Positions 17,201-27,158 of a stretch of DNA of 64,000 bases are shown here, piece by piece. Location: NCBI GenBank assembly GCA_903832855.1, contig CAILDB010000017.1:4992-68991 (forward strand), written 5' to 3'. Source of the stretch: an uncultured bacterium (GTDB lineage Bacteria > Patescibacteriota > Minisyncoccia > Phycocordibacterales > GWA1-40-21). The first letter of the stretch is position 1; every line of letters begins with the position of its first letter. The notes under the pieces are model-generated. The model made no database searches, was not told where the DNA came from, and saw only the letters and a program-made list of their open reading frames with translations. Both the position numbers and the translations under genes were made by a program.

Positions 17201-19099
17201 ATGAGTAAAGTAATAGGAATAGATCTTGGAACTACATTTTCTGCGGTTGCGGTGATGGAAGGTGATAGCCCAAAGATAATTGAAAATGCAGAGGGTGCGA
17301 GAACCACTCCATCCATTGTCGCTACCTCAAAAACAGGTGAACGACTTGTGGGACTTCTCGCCAGACGCCAAGCAGTTACAAATCCAAAAAATACTGTCTT
17401 TCAGGTCAAACGATTTATGGGTCACCTTTACGATGATGCTGGAGTTCAAAAAGACAAAGCATCCGTGTCATTTGATGTACTCAAATCAGCAAATGGAGGA
17501 GTTGAACTCGCAATGGGAGGCAAAAATTATAGACCAGAAGAAGTTTCTGCTATGATTCTTCAAAAATTGAAAAATGATGCAGAGGCACGACTCGGAGAAA
17601 AAATTACAGATGCAGTCATTACTGTGCCGGCATATTTTAACGATTCACAAAGACAAGCCACAAAAGATGCAGGACAAATTGCAGGATTAAATGTTTTGAG
17701 AATTATAAACGAGCCGACAGCAGCCGCTCTTGCATACGGTCTCAACAAAAATAAAAACGAAAAGATTGCTGTGTACGACTTTGGAGGTGGAACATTTGAT
17801 ATTTCCATTCTTGAAGTTGGGGATAGCGTCGTGGAAGTAAAATCAACAGACGGAGATAGTCACCTTGGCGGACGCGATATTGATAAAAGAATTGTGGATT
17901 GGCTTGCAGAACAATTCCAAAAAGAAAGTGGAATTGATGTCCGCAAAGATCCGCTTGCACTTCAGCGTCTAGATGAATCAGCAGAAAAAGCAAAAATAGA
18001 ACTTTCAACCGCGATGGAAACGGAAGTAAATATTCCGTTTATCACTTCCGGTGCCGATGGACCCAAACATCTTTTGATTAAATTCACCAGAGCAAATTTG
18101 GAAAATCTAGTAAAGGATTTGATTGACCGCTCAATGGAAATTACAAAAAGAGCGATGAACGCTTCACCATTTAAAGTAGGCGAACTAAACGAAATAATAA
18201 TGGTTGGAGGACAGACCAGAATGCCTGCGATTCTAAAAGCCGTGAAGGAATATTTCGGCAAAGAACCAAACCTTTCTGTAAATCCTGATGAAGTTGTGGC
18301 ACTCGGTGCCGCAGTGCAAGGAGGAATTCTCCGTGGAGATGTGAAGGATGTTCTTTTGCTAGATGTCATTCCACTATCACTTGGTATTGAGACTATGGGT
18401 GGCGTTGCGACGCATCTTATTGAAAAAAATACGACAATTCCAACATCCAAAAGTCAGGTTTTTTCCACCGCAGCCGACAATCAAACATCTGTGGAAATTC
18501 ATATCGTGCAAGGAGAAAGATCAATGGCAAGCGATAACAAAAGCTTGGGTAAATTTATCCTAGACGGTATTCCACCAGCGCCTCGAGGTATGCCACAAGT
18601 AGAAGTGGGCTTTGATGTGGATGCAAACGGAATATTGAATGTAAAAGCAAAAGATAAAGCCACGGGCAAAGAGCAATCAATCAGAATTGAGGCAAAGTCA
18701 GGACTTACAGATGAGGATATAAAGAAAATGCAAGCCGATGCTACCGCTCACGAAGCAGATGACAAAAAGAAAAAAGAAGAAGTTGAAATAAAAAATATTG
18801 CCGAGCAAATGGTTTACACCGCCGAAAAAGCTATCAAAGATAATGGCGCAAAAATCGCACCTGAAATTGTAAAAGGTGTGGAAGATAAAATTGCAGATGT
18901 TAAAAAAGCAAAAGAAGGAACCGACATTATTGCAATTAAAAATGCAACTGACGCTCTCTCAACCGAAATGCAAAAAATAGGTGAAGCGATGGCAAAAGCA
19001 CAAAAAGAAAATCCTGCAGGTCAAAGCGAACCAAAAAAAGAAGGCGAAGAAAATGTGAAGGATGCGGATTTCAAAGAGAAGGGAACTGACGGAAAATAA
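17201..19099 (+). CDS. dnaK: chaperone DnaK (Hsp70)
   Basis: [21 protein letters not shown], full 632-aa Hsp70. Confidence 0.95.
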   Translation: MSKVIGIDLGTTFSAVAVMEGDSPKIIENAEGARTTPSIVATSKTGERLVGLLARRQAVTNPKNTVFQVKRFMGHLYDDAGVQKDKASVSFDVLKSANGGVELAMGGKNYRPEEVSAMILQKLKNDAEARLGEKITDAVITVPAYFNDSQRQATKDAGQIAGLNVLRIINEPTAAALAYGLNKNKNEKIAVYDFGGGTFDISILEVGDSVVEVKSTDGDSHLGGRDIDKRIVDWLAEQFQKESGIDVRKDPLALQRLDESAEKAKIELSTAMETEVNIPFITSGADGPKHLLIKFTRANLENLVKDLIDRSMEITKRAMNASPFKVGELNEIIMVGGQTRMPAILKAVKEYFGKEPNLSVNPDEVVALGAAVQGGILRGDVKDVLLLDVIPLSLGIETMGGVATHLIEKNTTIPTSKSQVFSTAADNQTSVEIHIVQGERSMASDNKSLGKFILDGIPPAPRGMPQVEVGFDVDANGILNVKAKDKATGKEQSIRIEAKSGLTDEDIKKMQADATAHEADDKKKKEEVEIKNIAEQMVYTAEKAIKDNGAKIAPEIVKGVEDKIADVKKAKEGTDIIAIKNATDALSTEMQKIGEAMAKAQKENPAGQSEPKKEGEENVKDADFKEKGTDGK

Positions 19100-19154
19100 G
19101 ACAAAAGAAAAGGCGCGTCCGAAACGGACGCGCCGACGACCGATCTGATAATGT

Positions 19155-19382
19155 CTACTTGGGAATCACAAGCAAGATGACATTATCATTGAACTGTGCA
19201 AGGTAGGAAAAATCCCTGTATTCCTCCGCGGTATAGTGCTCTGGAATCCTTCGAAACATTTGCCGACTGACACCGTGACGAAGGATTTGCTCAACCGACA
19301 GATTATCTGGTGTTACACCAATGACTGTATAACACATACGGTCTTTACCAGAAAAGACCCCCTTAATAACTGTTACTTTCAT
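19155..19382 (-). CDS. hypothetical small protein (75 aa)
   Basis: AAGGAG RBS 6 nt upstream of the ATG on the minus strand; no family recognised. Confidence 0.5.
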   Translation of the reverse strand: MKVTVIKGVFSGKDRMCYTVIGVTPDNLSVEQILRHGVSRQMFRRIPEHYTAEEYRDFSYLAQFNDNVILLVIPK

Positions 19383-19459
19383 TACTTGCTCCTTTCATCT
19401 TCATCATTATTGCCAAACAACTCCAAATGTCATATTATAACATTTAACAAAAAAGTCAA

Positions 19460-20557
19460 ATGAACAAAGATTACTACAAAACCCTTGGCGTCTCAAAATC
19501 CGCCTCAAAGGATGAAATAAAAAAGGCTTTCTACAAGCTTGCCCACGAATATCATCCAGACAAGGCGGGTGGAAATGAAGCCAAATTCAAAGAGGCGAGT
19601 GAGGCCTACAATACACTTTCCGATGACAAAAAACGTTCGCAATACGACAACTTCGGAAGCGGTTTTCAGGGAAATGCTGGCGGACAATATCAAGGTGGCT
19701 TTGGCGGATTTGACGCTTCGCAAGGTTTTGACTTTAGCGGTTTTCAAAACGGCCAAGGTTTTGAATTTGACCTTGGAGATATTTTCGGTGACTTTTTTGG
19801 CGGAGGCGGTGGTGGCAGAGGACGAGCGAAAGCAAAAAAAGGTAGAGACATTTCTGTGGACCTAAATCTCACATTTGCCGAATCAATCTTTGGCGTCAAA
19901 AAATCAATCTTCCTTACCAAGACCTCAAAATGTTCCGAATGCGGTGGAAGCGGTTCTAGAAAAGGTACAGAGCAAGTTACTTGCCCCACCTGCAACGGCC
20001 GTGGAAAAATAAAAGAAGTTAGAAAATCTTTCTTTGGAACATTCGCCACGGAAAGAGTTTGTGATGAATGTCTCGGCGCAGGAAATGTGCCAAAAGAAAA
20101 ATGTCCAAAATGTCACGGCGCAGGCATCCTGCAAAAAGAAGACGAAATAGAAGTAAATATTCCGGCTGATGTAAACACAGGAGAATCAATCCGACTTACC
20201 GGCGCAGGCGAATCCGTCAAAGGCGGTTCTTCCGGTGACCTTTACATCAAACTTCATATTGAAAAAAGCAATCTCTTTGTGAAAGAAGGCAAAAATCTCA
20301 TCACGGAATTGAATATAAAAATGACAGACGCAGTGCTCGGCGGAAATTATAAGATGGCGACACTTGATGGCGAAATTGAACTCAAAATCCCCGAAGGCAC
20401 AAGTCCCGAAGATGTCCTGCGAATTCGTGGCAAAGGCGTGCCATATGGCAACAGCCAGCGTGGCGATATTCTCGTAAAAATAAAAATCAAAACTCCATCT
20501 CGTCTTTCTGGCAAAGCCAAAAAGATTTTTGAGGATCTAAAAAAAGAAGGGCTCTAA
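19460..20557 (+). CDS. dnaJ: chaperone DnaJ
   Basis: J-domain YHPDK, G/F-rich linker, four CxxCxGxG zinc-finger repeats. Confidence 0.95.
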   Translation: MNKDYYKTLGVSKSASKDEIKKAFYKLAHEYHPDKAGGNEAKFKEASEAYNTLSDDKKRSQYDNFGSGFQGNAGGQYQGGFGGFDASQGFDFSGFQNGQGFEFDLGDIFGDFFGGGGGGRGRAKAKKGRDISVDLNLTFAESIFGVKKSIFLTKTSKCSECGGSGSRKGTEQVTCPTCNGRGKIKEVRKSFFGTFATERVCDECLGAGNVPKEKCPKCHGAGILQKEDEIEVNIPADVNTGESIRLTGAGESVKGGSSGDLYIKLHIEKSNLFVKEGKNLITELNIKMTDAVLGGNYKMATLDGEIELKIPEGTSPEDVLRIRGKGVPYGNSQRGDILVKIKIKTPSRLSGKAKKIFEDLKKEGL

Positions 20558-20569
20558 AGAAATACAAAA

Positions 20570-20611
20570 CAACCCGCCCCCGAAATCAGATTTCGGGGGC
20601 GGGTTGTTTTT
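20570..20611 (+). terminator. rho-independent terminator (cccgcccccgaaatc agatttcgggggcggg + T-tract)
   Basis: 15-bp perfect stem after dnaJ; the core is duplicated at 35393. Confidence 0.65.
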
Positions 20612-20646
20612 CTCTTTGTATTTGATACAATAAAATTGTAAAAAAA

Positions 20647-21576
20647 ATGCAAGAATCACCACAAAAACAAGTAGACTTGGAGGAACAAATTAGGCTAGCA
20701 ACGGAAAATGCGAAAAATGGCATTACAGCTGATTTAATTAGAAGTTTAGATTTGTCTACTGAAGATAGTGTAGAAATATTAAGACAAACGCTATCTCCAT
20801 TCTCAAAAGTAAAACATAAAATTTTAGACAAGAATGGAAATGATGTTTTCTCGTTTAAAACTTCATCTCAAGACCTTCCTGCAGAATATTTTTTGAACCA
20901 AATATTGTACCGCTTTTCTTTACTCTCTACATGTATTAGAGATAGTTCACATTTATTAAATGAATTTGATTTATTTGGACATGAGTTAATCAAAATAGGT
21001 TCTGAAGGGTTGTCCCGACTAAGACTTTCAGGTGATGAGTACCCCGTTTTTTCATTAAAAGCCGAATATTCAAATCAAGACAGATTTTTGTCAACTCTTG
21101 AGATAATTTCAGATTTTACTGCTACTAGTTTAAACGATGGGTTACCAGGTGCTTTTCTAGGAACATTATTTAACATAGCTAGAAAAAAAGAAATATCAGA
21201 AGAATTTATGAAAAATCATCCAAACTATTCTAAGATTGAAGAATTAAAAACAAAAGCATATAAATTGTTTGACACGCTCAGAGAAGTATTTACTAAATAT
21301 TTATCGAATATTATTTATAATCCAGATTATCTAATCCAAGTAGATAATCCTTCAATTGATATTTCTCAACTTGACGCAGATTATAAAATAATATTACCCA
21401 TGATGTTGAAAGATGAAGCTTCACATTTTCGTAATTTATCAAAAGAAGCAAAAGAACCTAAAATTCAGCCAGAAGTTGAAGCACAAACAAGGATGTTTAT
21501 TGAAAGAATAGATGAATATCAAAAGGCATTAGATTTTTATAATAGTCACTTAACTTACGCAAGACCACAAAGTTAA
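20647..21576 (+). CDS. hypothetical protein (309 aa, no TM)
   Basis: Long ORF with noticeably AT-rich codon usage; no motif recognised. Confidence 0.5.
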   Translation: MQESPQKQVDLEEQIRLATENAKNGITADLIRSLDLSTEDSVEILRQTLSPFSKVKHKILDKNGNDVFSFKTSSQDLPAEYFLNQILYRFSLLSTCIRDSSHLLNEFDLFGHELIKIGSEGLSRLRLSGDEYPVFSLKAEYSNQDRFLSTLEIISDFTATSLNDGLPGAFLGTLFNIARKKEISEEFMKNHPNYSKIEELKTKAYKLFDTLREVFTKYLSNIIYNPDYLIQVDNPSIDISQLDADYKIILPMMLKDEASHFRNLSKEAKEPKIQPEVEAQTRMFIERIDEYQKALDFYNSHLTYARPQS

Positions 21577-21628
21577 ATCACATCCTAGCTATTTCACTTT
21601 TTCCAAATTTCTGCTATTATTTAATCAA

Positions 21629-22612
21629 ATGAAAAAGATTTTATTATCAGGCGTCAAACCCACTGGCCGAGTGCATCTCGGGAATTATTTTGGGGCGATG
21701 AAGCAGTTTTTGGATTTGCAGGATAAGTTTGAGAGTTACATTTTTATTGCCGACTATCATGCAATGACGACTGTGCAAAATAGGGAAGAGCTTTCGCAGG
21801 GAATTATTGATGTCGCACTGGACTATCTCGCCATCGGTCTTGACCCGAAAAAAGTTTGTCTTTTTAAACAGTCCGACATTCCTGAAGTTCACGAGCTGAC
21901 TTGGATTTTTAATTGTATTACGACTGTGCCATACCTCATGCGCGCGCACGCATTCAAAGATGCCGAAGCAAAAAACAAAGAAATAAATGTTGGAATTTTT
22001 GATTACCCGATTTTGATGGCGTCGGATATTTTGATGCAAGATGCGGATGTGGTGCCTGTCGGTCAGGACCAGAAACAACATGTGGAATACGCTCGCGATA
22101 CAGCGCAAAAGTTTAATAGAATTTTCGGCAAAGGCGAGGATGTTTTTAAAATGCCTGAACCATTTATTTTAAAAGAAGTTGAGACAATTCCCGGAACTGA
22201 CGGCAAAAAAATGAGCAAAAGTAATGGAAATGTAATTCCTCTTTTTGCGACGAGCGAAGAAATCAAGAAAGCTGTGATGAGTATTCCTACAGATTCCAAA
22301 GGCGTTGACGAGCCAAAAAACCCCTCAGAATCGCTTATTTTTGCCATCCATAAACTGCTCCTAGAAGGCCCTAAATTGGCCGATTTGAGGACAAAATACG
22401 AGAAAGGCGGACTTGGCTACAAGCAGGCCAAAGAGCTACTTATAGCCGATTTGGAGGCATTTATAGCCCCTTTAAGAGCCAAAAGAGATGCCCTAGCTCG
22501 TGACCTATCTGCCGTAAAGGAAATACTAAAAAAAGGAGGTGAAAAAGCCCGCTCCCGCGCCTCTGCAAAAATGAATGTCGTGAGAGAAAAAGTCGGGGTG
22601 GAAGTGAAATAA
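21629..22612 (+). CDS. trpS: tryptophanyl-tRNA synthetase
   Basis: PTGRVHLGNYFG (HIGH motif) and KMSKS; 327 aa. Confidence 0.9.
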   Translation: MKKILLSGVKPTGRVHLGNYFGAMKQFLDLQDKFESYIFIADYHAMTTVQNREELSQGIIDVALDYLAIGLDPKKVCLFKQSDIPEVHELTWIFNCITTVPYLMRAHAFKDAEAKNKEINVGIFDYPILMASDILMQDADVVPVGQDQKQHVEYARDTAQKFNRIFGKGEDVFKMPEPFILKEVETIPGTDGKKMSKSNGNVIPLFATSEEIKKAVMSIPTDSKGVDEPKNPSESLIFAIHKLLLEGPKLADLRTKYEKGGLGYKQAKELLIADLEAFIAPLRAKRDALARDLSAVKEILKKGGEKARSRASAKMNVVREKVGVEVK

Positions 22613-22701
22613 GAAACTTCCACCGGCCGGAGGCTGACGAGCCGAGGCGGGCTCGGCGCAACTTTTCAGCAGAAAAGTATGTGTGAGTGGAAATTTAAAT
22701 A

Positions 22702-22730
22702 ATAAAAAGCCACCAGATTTCTCTGGTGGC
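22702..22730 (-). terminator. rho-independent terminator for the minus-strand Zn-ribbon gene (gccaccag agaaat ctggtggc + U-tract)
   Basis: 8-bp stem with a T-run on the minus strand immediately 3' of the 22745 stop. Confidence 0.45.
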
Positions 22731-22744
22731 ACCCTGACCGAAAA

Positions 22745-22936
22745 TTATGCCCTGGCATTTTTTGGGAGACAAAATCTGCACCTGCAGACCACCTTCCTTT
22801 TACGTTTATAATCCTTGTCCCGTAATTCCCAACCAACTTTGCAAAATAAGCAGTAGTGGGGAATCTTCATTGGACCAAAGTTTTCAATACGTTTTCCTTT
22901 ACCATGGCAGTATCTGCATACTTCTTTTTTAGCCAT
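22745..22936 (-). CDS. small Cys-rich zinc-ribbon protein (63 aa)
   Basis: CRYCHGKG...CLFCKVG...CRCRFC; AAAGGAG RBS 5 nt upstream on the minus strand. Confidence 0.55.
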   Translation of the reverse strand: MAKKEVCRYCHGKGKRIENFGPMKIPHYCLFCKVGWELRDKDYKRKRKVVCRCRFCLPKNARA

Positions 22937-23120
22937 TTGTGCTCCTTTTTATGACCCTGTGCGTTTGTACCTGTAGAGAAGAATAGGTTAAAATGCACTA
23001 GTTGTCAACACTTGCTTTGTCGCGTGATTATTATAGAATAGTGAGATAAGCAATGATACCGCAAACACGGTCTCGGCCTAAACCATTAAAATGGTCGGCC
23101 AAGCTTGGGGAAGAAATTTT

Positions 23121-23150
23121 CTGTCATTCCTGCGAAGGCAGGAATCCAGG
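23121..23150. repeat. hairpin repeat unit (ctgtcattcctgcgaaggcaggaatccag)
   Basis: Member of the window-wide family. Confidence 0.7.
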
Positions 23151-23246
23151 ATTTAGTAGAACCCCTTAAATGAGTAGCCCGTCAAAATTTTTTAAAGCAA
23201 AATTTTCTTCGGGCAAGCAAGTGAGGTGGCACCGCGAACTCGTTCA

Positions 23247-23296
23247 CCCTCGCAAAAAATTAAAACGGTTTCGTTTAATTTTTTGCGAGGGCGTTT
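23247..23296 (+). terminator. long perfect palindrome (20-bp arms) with a T-rich tail; terminator or regulatory hairpin
   Basis: ccctcgcaaaaaattaaaac ggttt cgtttaattttttgcgaggg then cgtttt; no plus-strand gene upstream. Confidence 0.35.
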
Positions 23297-23309
23297 TAAA
23301 TTTTAAAAA

Positions 23310-23576
23310 ATGCAAAAAGAAAATTCAATAATAATATACGAGGACAAGAAAACGGGAATTAAGCTTGAAACTCATTTAGAGAACGAGGATATTTGGCTTA
23401 CACAGGAACAAATCGGAAAAATTTTCGGTGTTAAAAAAGCCGCTGTTTCTAAACATCTAAAAAATATATTTGAGTCGGGAGAATTAGAGGAAAAACCAAC
23501 TGTTTCCAAAACAGAAACAGTTCAAAAAGTGAGAAAATTTAAATTCAACCTGTTCCATTATGGAACATGTTGCTGA
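23310..23576 (+). pseudogene. truncated RhuM-family gene (N-terminal ~75 aa only)
   Basis: EDIWLTQEQIGKIFGVKKAAVSKHLKNIFESGELEE is near-identical to the N-terminus of the full-length 339-aa RhuM-like gene at 55071..56090; ends in unrelated sequence. Confidence 0.55.
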
Positions 23577-23714
23577 AAATAATGAGCAATGTGCAATATT
23601 TGCACATACCATTTTAAAAAGTAGCGAGCATATGTTTATATTCTATATAATATCTCAGTTATTAAGGAATTCCTAATAACTAGTTTTTGTGCTATATTTT
23701 AAATGTATAATAAC

Positions 23715-23867
23715 ATGGCGATTAAACCAAAATGTAACAAATGTAAAAAAGAACTTAAAGAGTTTGGTGGAATATTACTTAGCCCGCCAAACAAAAATGA
23801 TGAAGTCAAAAAATATCATCTGTGCAAAAAGTGTTTTGAGGAAATAAAATCAAGTTTAAAAAATTAA
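23715..23867 (+). CDS. putative small zinc-ribbon protein (50 aa)
   Basis: MAIKPKCNKCKKELKEF...HLCKKCFEEIK; two CxxC pairs; not in the ORF track (<60 aa). Confidence 0.35.
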   Translation: MAIKPKCNKCKKELKEFGGILLSPPNKNDEVKKYHLCKKCFEEIKSSLKN

Positions 23868-23878
23868 TAATAAAAAAT

Positions 23879-25276
23879 ATGCAAAGAACATATATAAAAG
23901 AATTGGCGGGGAAGGTGGGGGAGGAGGTGCTTGTGAAGGGCTGGGTAGATGTGAGACGCGACCACGGTAAACTTATTTTTATTGACCTTCGCGATATGTC
24001 GGGAAAGGTGCAGATGGTAGCTTTGCCAAATCACGCGGAGGCGCATGAGATTGCAAATACTGTTAGACCGGAATGGGTGGTGGAAGTGACGGGGAAGGTG
24101 AATGCTCGGCCGGAGAAAATGGTGAACAAAAACGAGGAGAATGGCGCTGTTGAAATTGAAATGCTTTCAATGAGTGTTTTAAACCAAGCGGAAACCCCTG
24201 CAATAGATGTGCGAGGTGACGGTATGGATGTTGGCGAGGAAGCTAGACTTAAATACAGATATTTGGATTTACGAAGGCCAAGAATGCAAAAAAATATCAG
24301 AAACAGAAATAAAGTGATGCTTCTTGTCAGAAATATTTTGGAAAAAGAAGGATTTTGCGAAGTTGAAACGCCAAGTTTGACTGTGGCGACAGCCGAAGGG
24401 TCCAGAGATTTTATTGTGCCATCCAGAATTGAACCAGGGAGTTTTTATGCACTTCCGCAGTCACCTCAACAATACAAACAGCTTTTGATGTCCGCGGGTT
24501 TTGAAAAATATTTCCAATTTGCTAGATGTTATAGAGACGAAGATTCTCGTGGTGACAGACAGCCGGAATTTACGCAAATGGACTTGGAAATGAGTTTTGC
24601 AACCGAAGAAGACGTGCAAGCTGTAAACGAAAAAGCAATTATTGAAGTTGTGCAGAAACTTTATCCTCACAAAAAAATTCAAGAAATTCCTTTCCCAAAA
24701 ATTTCCTACAAAGATGCGATGGAAAAATATGGTACCAACAAGCCGGACCTTCGTACAGACAAAAATAATCCTGACCTACTCGCATTTGCTTGGATTGTGG
24801 ATTTTCCAATGTTTGAAAAAGGCGATGACGGAAAATGGACTTTCACACACAATCCTTTTTCAGGAACAAAGCCAGAATGTCTAGAAGATTTGATGAACAA
24901 GAAAAATATTGAAAAAATCGTCGCTTCACAATATGATATTGCACTCAACGGCTACGAAATGGGCGGTGGAAGTATTCGAAATCACAATCCCGAGGCACTC
25001 CGAAAAGTTCTTGAAATAATGGAATACAGCGAAGAAAAAATTGAGAGAGAATATGGCCATATGCTCCGCGCACTTGGCTCTGGTACCCCTCCACACGGTG
25101 GAATTGCTTGGGGGCTTGATAGAATGATAATGCTTCTTGAAAACGAACCAAACATTCGCGAGGTGATTGCTTTCTCAAAAAATGGTGAAGGCAAGGACCT
25201 GATGATGGGCGCTCCAGGGAAAGTTTCTCCAGAACAACTTCGTGATTTGAGAATCGAGGTCAAAGTTAAAAAATAA
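23879..25276 (+). CDS. aspS: aspartyl-tRNA synthetase (compact; possibly non-discriminating Asp/Asn type)
   Basis: N-terminal OB fold; ALPQSPQQYKQLLMSAGFEKYFQFARCYRDEDSRGDRQPEFTQMDLEMSF; class II motif 3 GGIAWGLDRMIMLL. Confidence 0.85.
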   Translation: MQRTYIKELAGKVGEEVLVKGWVDVRRDHGKLIFIDLRDMSGKVQMVALPNHAEAHEIANTVRPEWVVEVTGKVNARPEKMVNKNEENGAVEIEMLSMSVLNQAETPAIDVRGDGMDVGEEARLKYRYLDLRRPRMQKNIRNRNKVMLLVRNILEKEGFCEVETPSLTVATAEGSRDFIVPSRIEPGSFYALPQSPQQYKQLLMSAGFEKYFQFARCYRDEDSRGDRQPEFTQMDLEMSFATEEDVQAVNEKAIIEVVQKLYPHKKIQEIPFPKISYKDAMEKYGTNKPDLRTDKNNPDLLAFAWIVDFPMFEKGDDGKWTFTHNPFSGTKPECLEDLMNKKNIEKIVASQYDIALNGYEMGGGSIRNHNPEALRKVLEIMEYSEEKIEREYGHMLRALGSGTPPHGGIAWGLDRMIMLLENEPNIREVIAFSKNGEGKDLMMGAPGKVSPEQLRDLRIEVKVKK

Positions 25277-25281
25277 CCACT

Positions 25282-25349
25282 TGTCTTTGCGAGCGGAGCG
25301 AAGCAATCCAGTATAATAGATTGCTTCGGGATTACCCTCGCAAAGACAG
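25282..25349. repeat. composite palindromic hairpin-repeat element filling the aspS-HIT intergenic
   Basis: gtctttgcgagcggagcgaagcaatccag tataatag attgcttcgggattaccctcgcaaagacag. Confidence 0.7.
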
Positions 25350-25358
25350 AAAAATATT

Positions 25359-25745
25359 ATGGAAAATTGTATTTTTTGCAAAATAATAAGAGGTGAAATT
25401 CCTTGTGAAAAAATTTGGGAGGATGAGAAATATCTGGCATTTTTGGATATGGCACAAATAAACCCCGGTCACACCTTAGTAATTCCAAAGAAACATACGG
25501 ACTATCTTTTTGATATGGAGGATGGTGAATATTGTGAACTAATGTTAAAAGGAAAAGAAATTTCAAAAATTCTAAAACTGAAATTAAAACCCAAAAGAGT
25601 AGGCCTAGCCGTGGAGGGCTTTGGCGTTCCGCATGTTCACTTGCATTTAGTACCAATTAATAATGTGAATGAATTAAATCCGGAGAGAGCCACACATCCT
25701 AAAATAGAGGAGCTTCAAAAAATTGCTAAAATATTAAATGGGTGA
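25359..25745 (+). CDS. HIT-family (histidine triad) hydrolase
   Basis: CIFCKII...HVHLHLVP histidine triad. Confidence 0.85.
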   Translation: MENCIFCKIIRGEIPCEKIWEDEKYLAFLDMAQINPGHTLVIPKKHTDYLFDMEDGEYCELMLKGKEISKILKLKLKPKRVGLAVEGFGVPHVHLHLVPINNVNELNPERATHPKIEELQKIAKILNG

Positions 25746-26469
25746 AAATAATTTCAAAATCAAAACAGAAATTTTTGAGGGTCCGCTAGACCTACTTCTT
25801 TCTCTTATTGAGAAGAGGAAACTTCTGATAAATGATATTGCACTCTCCAAGGTTGCGGATGATTACATTATGTATTTGCAAAATCAGGAGAATTTTCCGA
25901 TGAAAGACACGGCGGATTTCCTAGTGATTGCTTCCACACTACTCTTGATAAAATCCCGTTCACTTTTGCCTTCAATGTTTATTACTGAAGAAGAGCAATA
26001 CGATATAAACGAGCTTGAGGCGCGATTGAAAATTTACAAAAGAATTAAGGAATTGAGCGCAAATATCAAAAATCTTTTTGGAAAACAAATTATTTTTATG
26101 CCGGAGCAGAGAAAGTTTGAGCCGGTCTTTTCACCTGACGAAAAAATGACAAAAGAAAATCTTTTTTCGGCGATGAAGGAAGTTATCAGAAATTTGCCGA
26201 AAGTGAATTTCATGCCGAAATTGAAAGTTACAAAAGTTGTGAGTTTGGAAGAAGTTGTAGAAAATCTTACTAAAAGAGTTCAAAATTGTCTAAAAATGAG
26301 CTTCAAAGATTTTTCAGGAATGGGAAAATCGGAAAGAATAAATGTGATTGTGAGCTTTCTTGCTATGTTAGAACTCGTAAAAAGAGGTATAATACACGCT
26401 AGCCAAGAAAAAGAATTTTCCGATATTCAAATGGAAAATAAAAGTTTAAATACACCAATTTATGGATAA
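25738..26469 (+). CDS. scpA: segregation and condensation protein A
   Basis: FEGPLDLLLSLIEKRKLLINDIALSKVADDY. Confidence 0.8.
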   Translation: MGENNFKIKTEIFEGPLDLLLSLIEKRKLLINDIALSKVADDYIMYLQNQENFPMKDTADFLVIASTLLLIKSRSLLPSMFITEEEQYDINELEARLKIYKRIKELSANIKNLFGKQIIFMPEQRKFEPVFSPDEKMTKENLFSAMKEVIRNLPKVNFMPKLKVTKVVSLEEVVENLTKRVQNCLKMSFKDFSGMGKSERINVIVSFLAMLELVKRGIIHASQEKEFSDIQMENKSLNTPIYG

Positions 26470-26516
26470 TGATTTAAATAATAAAGCTTGCCCCGTTAAG
26501 TGTTCAAATAAAAAAT

Positions 26517-27158
26517 ATGGAAGTAGATAATAAAAAACAAATAACAAAAGAAGAAAAACTTTCGAACGGGGTAGAGGCGGTGCTTTTTTGGAAAGGCGAG
26601 CCGATGAAAATTAAGAAGCTCGCGCAAATTTTTGCAAAAACAGAAGAAGAAATTTCTGCTGGGCTGAAAGAACTCGAAACGAAACTTGAGGGTAGGGGAG
26701 TGACTTTGATTTTTAAAGATGATGAAGTCGCACTTGGAACATCAAAGGATAATTCAGAAATTATTGAGCGACTTACAAAAGAAGAACTTGTCAGAGATCT
26801 TGGAAAAGCTGGGCTTGAGACACTTTCAATTGTAGTTTACATGGGACCAATTTCCAGAGCCGAAATAGACCTTATTCGTGGTGTGCAATCCACTTTTATT
26901 TTGAGAAACTTGAGTATCCGCGGACTTGTGGAAAGAATTCCAAATCCGAAAGATCAGAGAAGTTTCCTATACAAGCCGACTTTTGATCTCGTATCGTTTC
27001 TTGGAATTTCAAAGATAGAAGACATGCCAGAATATTTACAGGCGAAAATTGAGATTGAGAAATTCAAAAATGTAGAAAAAGAAAACACTGAAATTAAGAC
27101 CGGAGAAAGCCAAAATGAGGTTAATAAGGATGTTTTAAATGAACCAGAAGAAGTTTAA
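26517..27158 (+). CDS. scpB: segregation and condensation protein B
   Basis: VEAVLFWKGEPMKIKKLAQIF and two winged-helix repeats; follows scpA. Confidence 0.8.
   Translation: MEVDNKKQITKEEKLSNGVEAVLFWKGEPMKIKKLAQIFAKTEEEISAGLKELETKLEGRGVTLIFKDDEVALGTSKDNSEIIERLTKEELVRDLGKAGLETLSIVVYMGPISRAEIDLIRGVQSTFILRNLSIRGLVERIPNPKDQRSFLYKPTFDLVSFLGISKIEDMPEYLQAKIEIEKFKNVEKENTEIKTGESQNEVNKDVLNEPEEV

Noticed and set aside
17280-18563. Multiple ORFs on both strands inside dnaK (and similar ones inside alaS, dnaJ, aspS and cysS)
   Set aside because: Shadow ORFs within well-supported conserved genes.
22747-22932. Plus-strand 61-aa ORF
   Set aside because: Mirror of the minus-strand Zn-ribbon gene, which has an AAGGAG RBS and a plausible Cys-rich, Lys-rich sequence.
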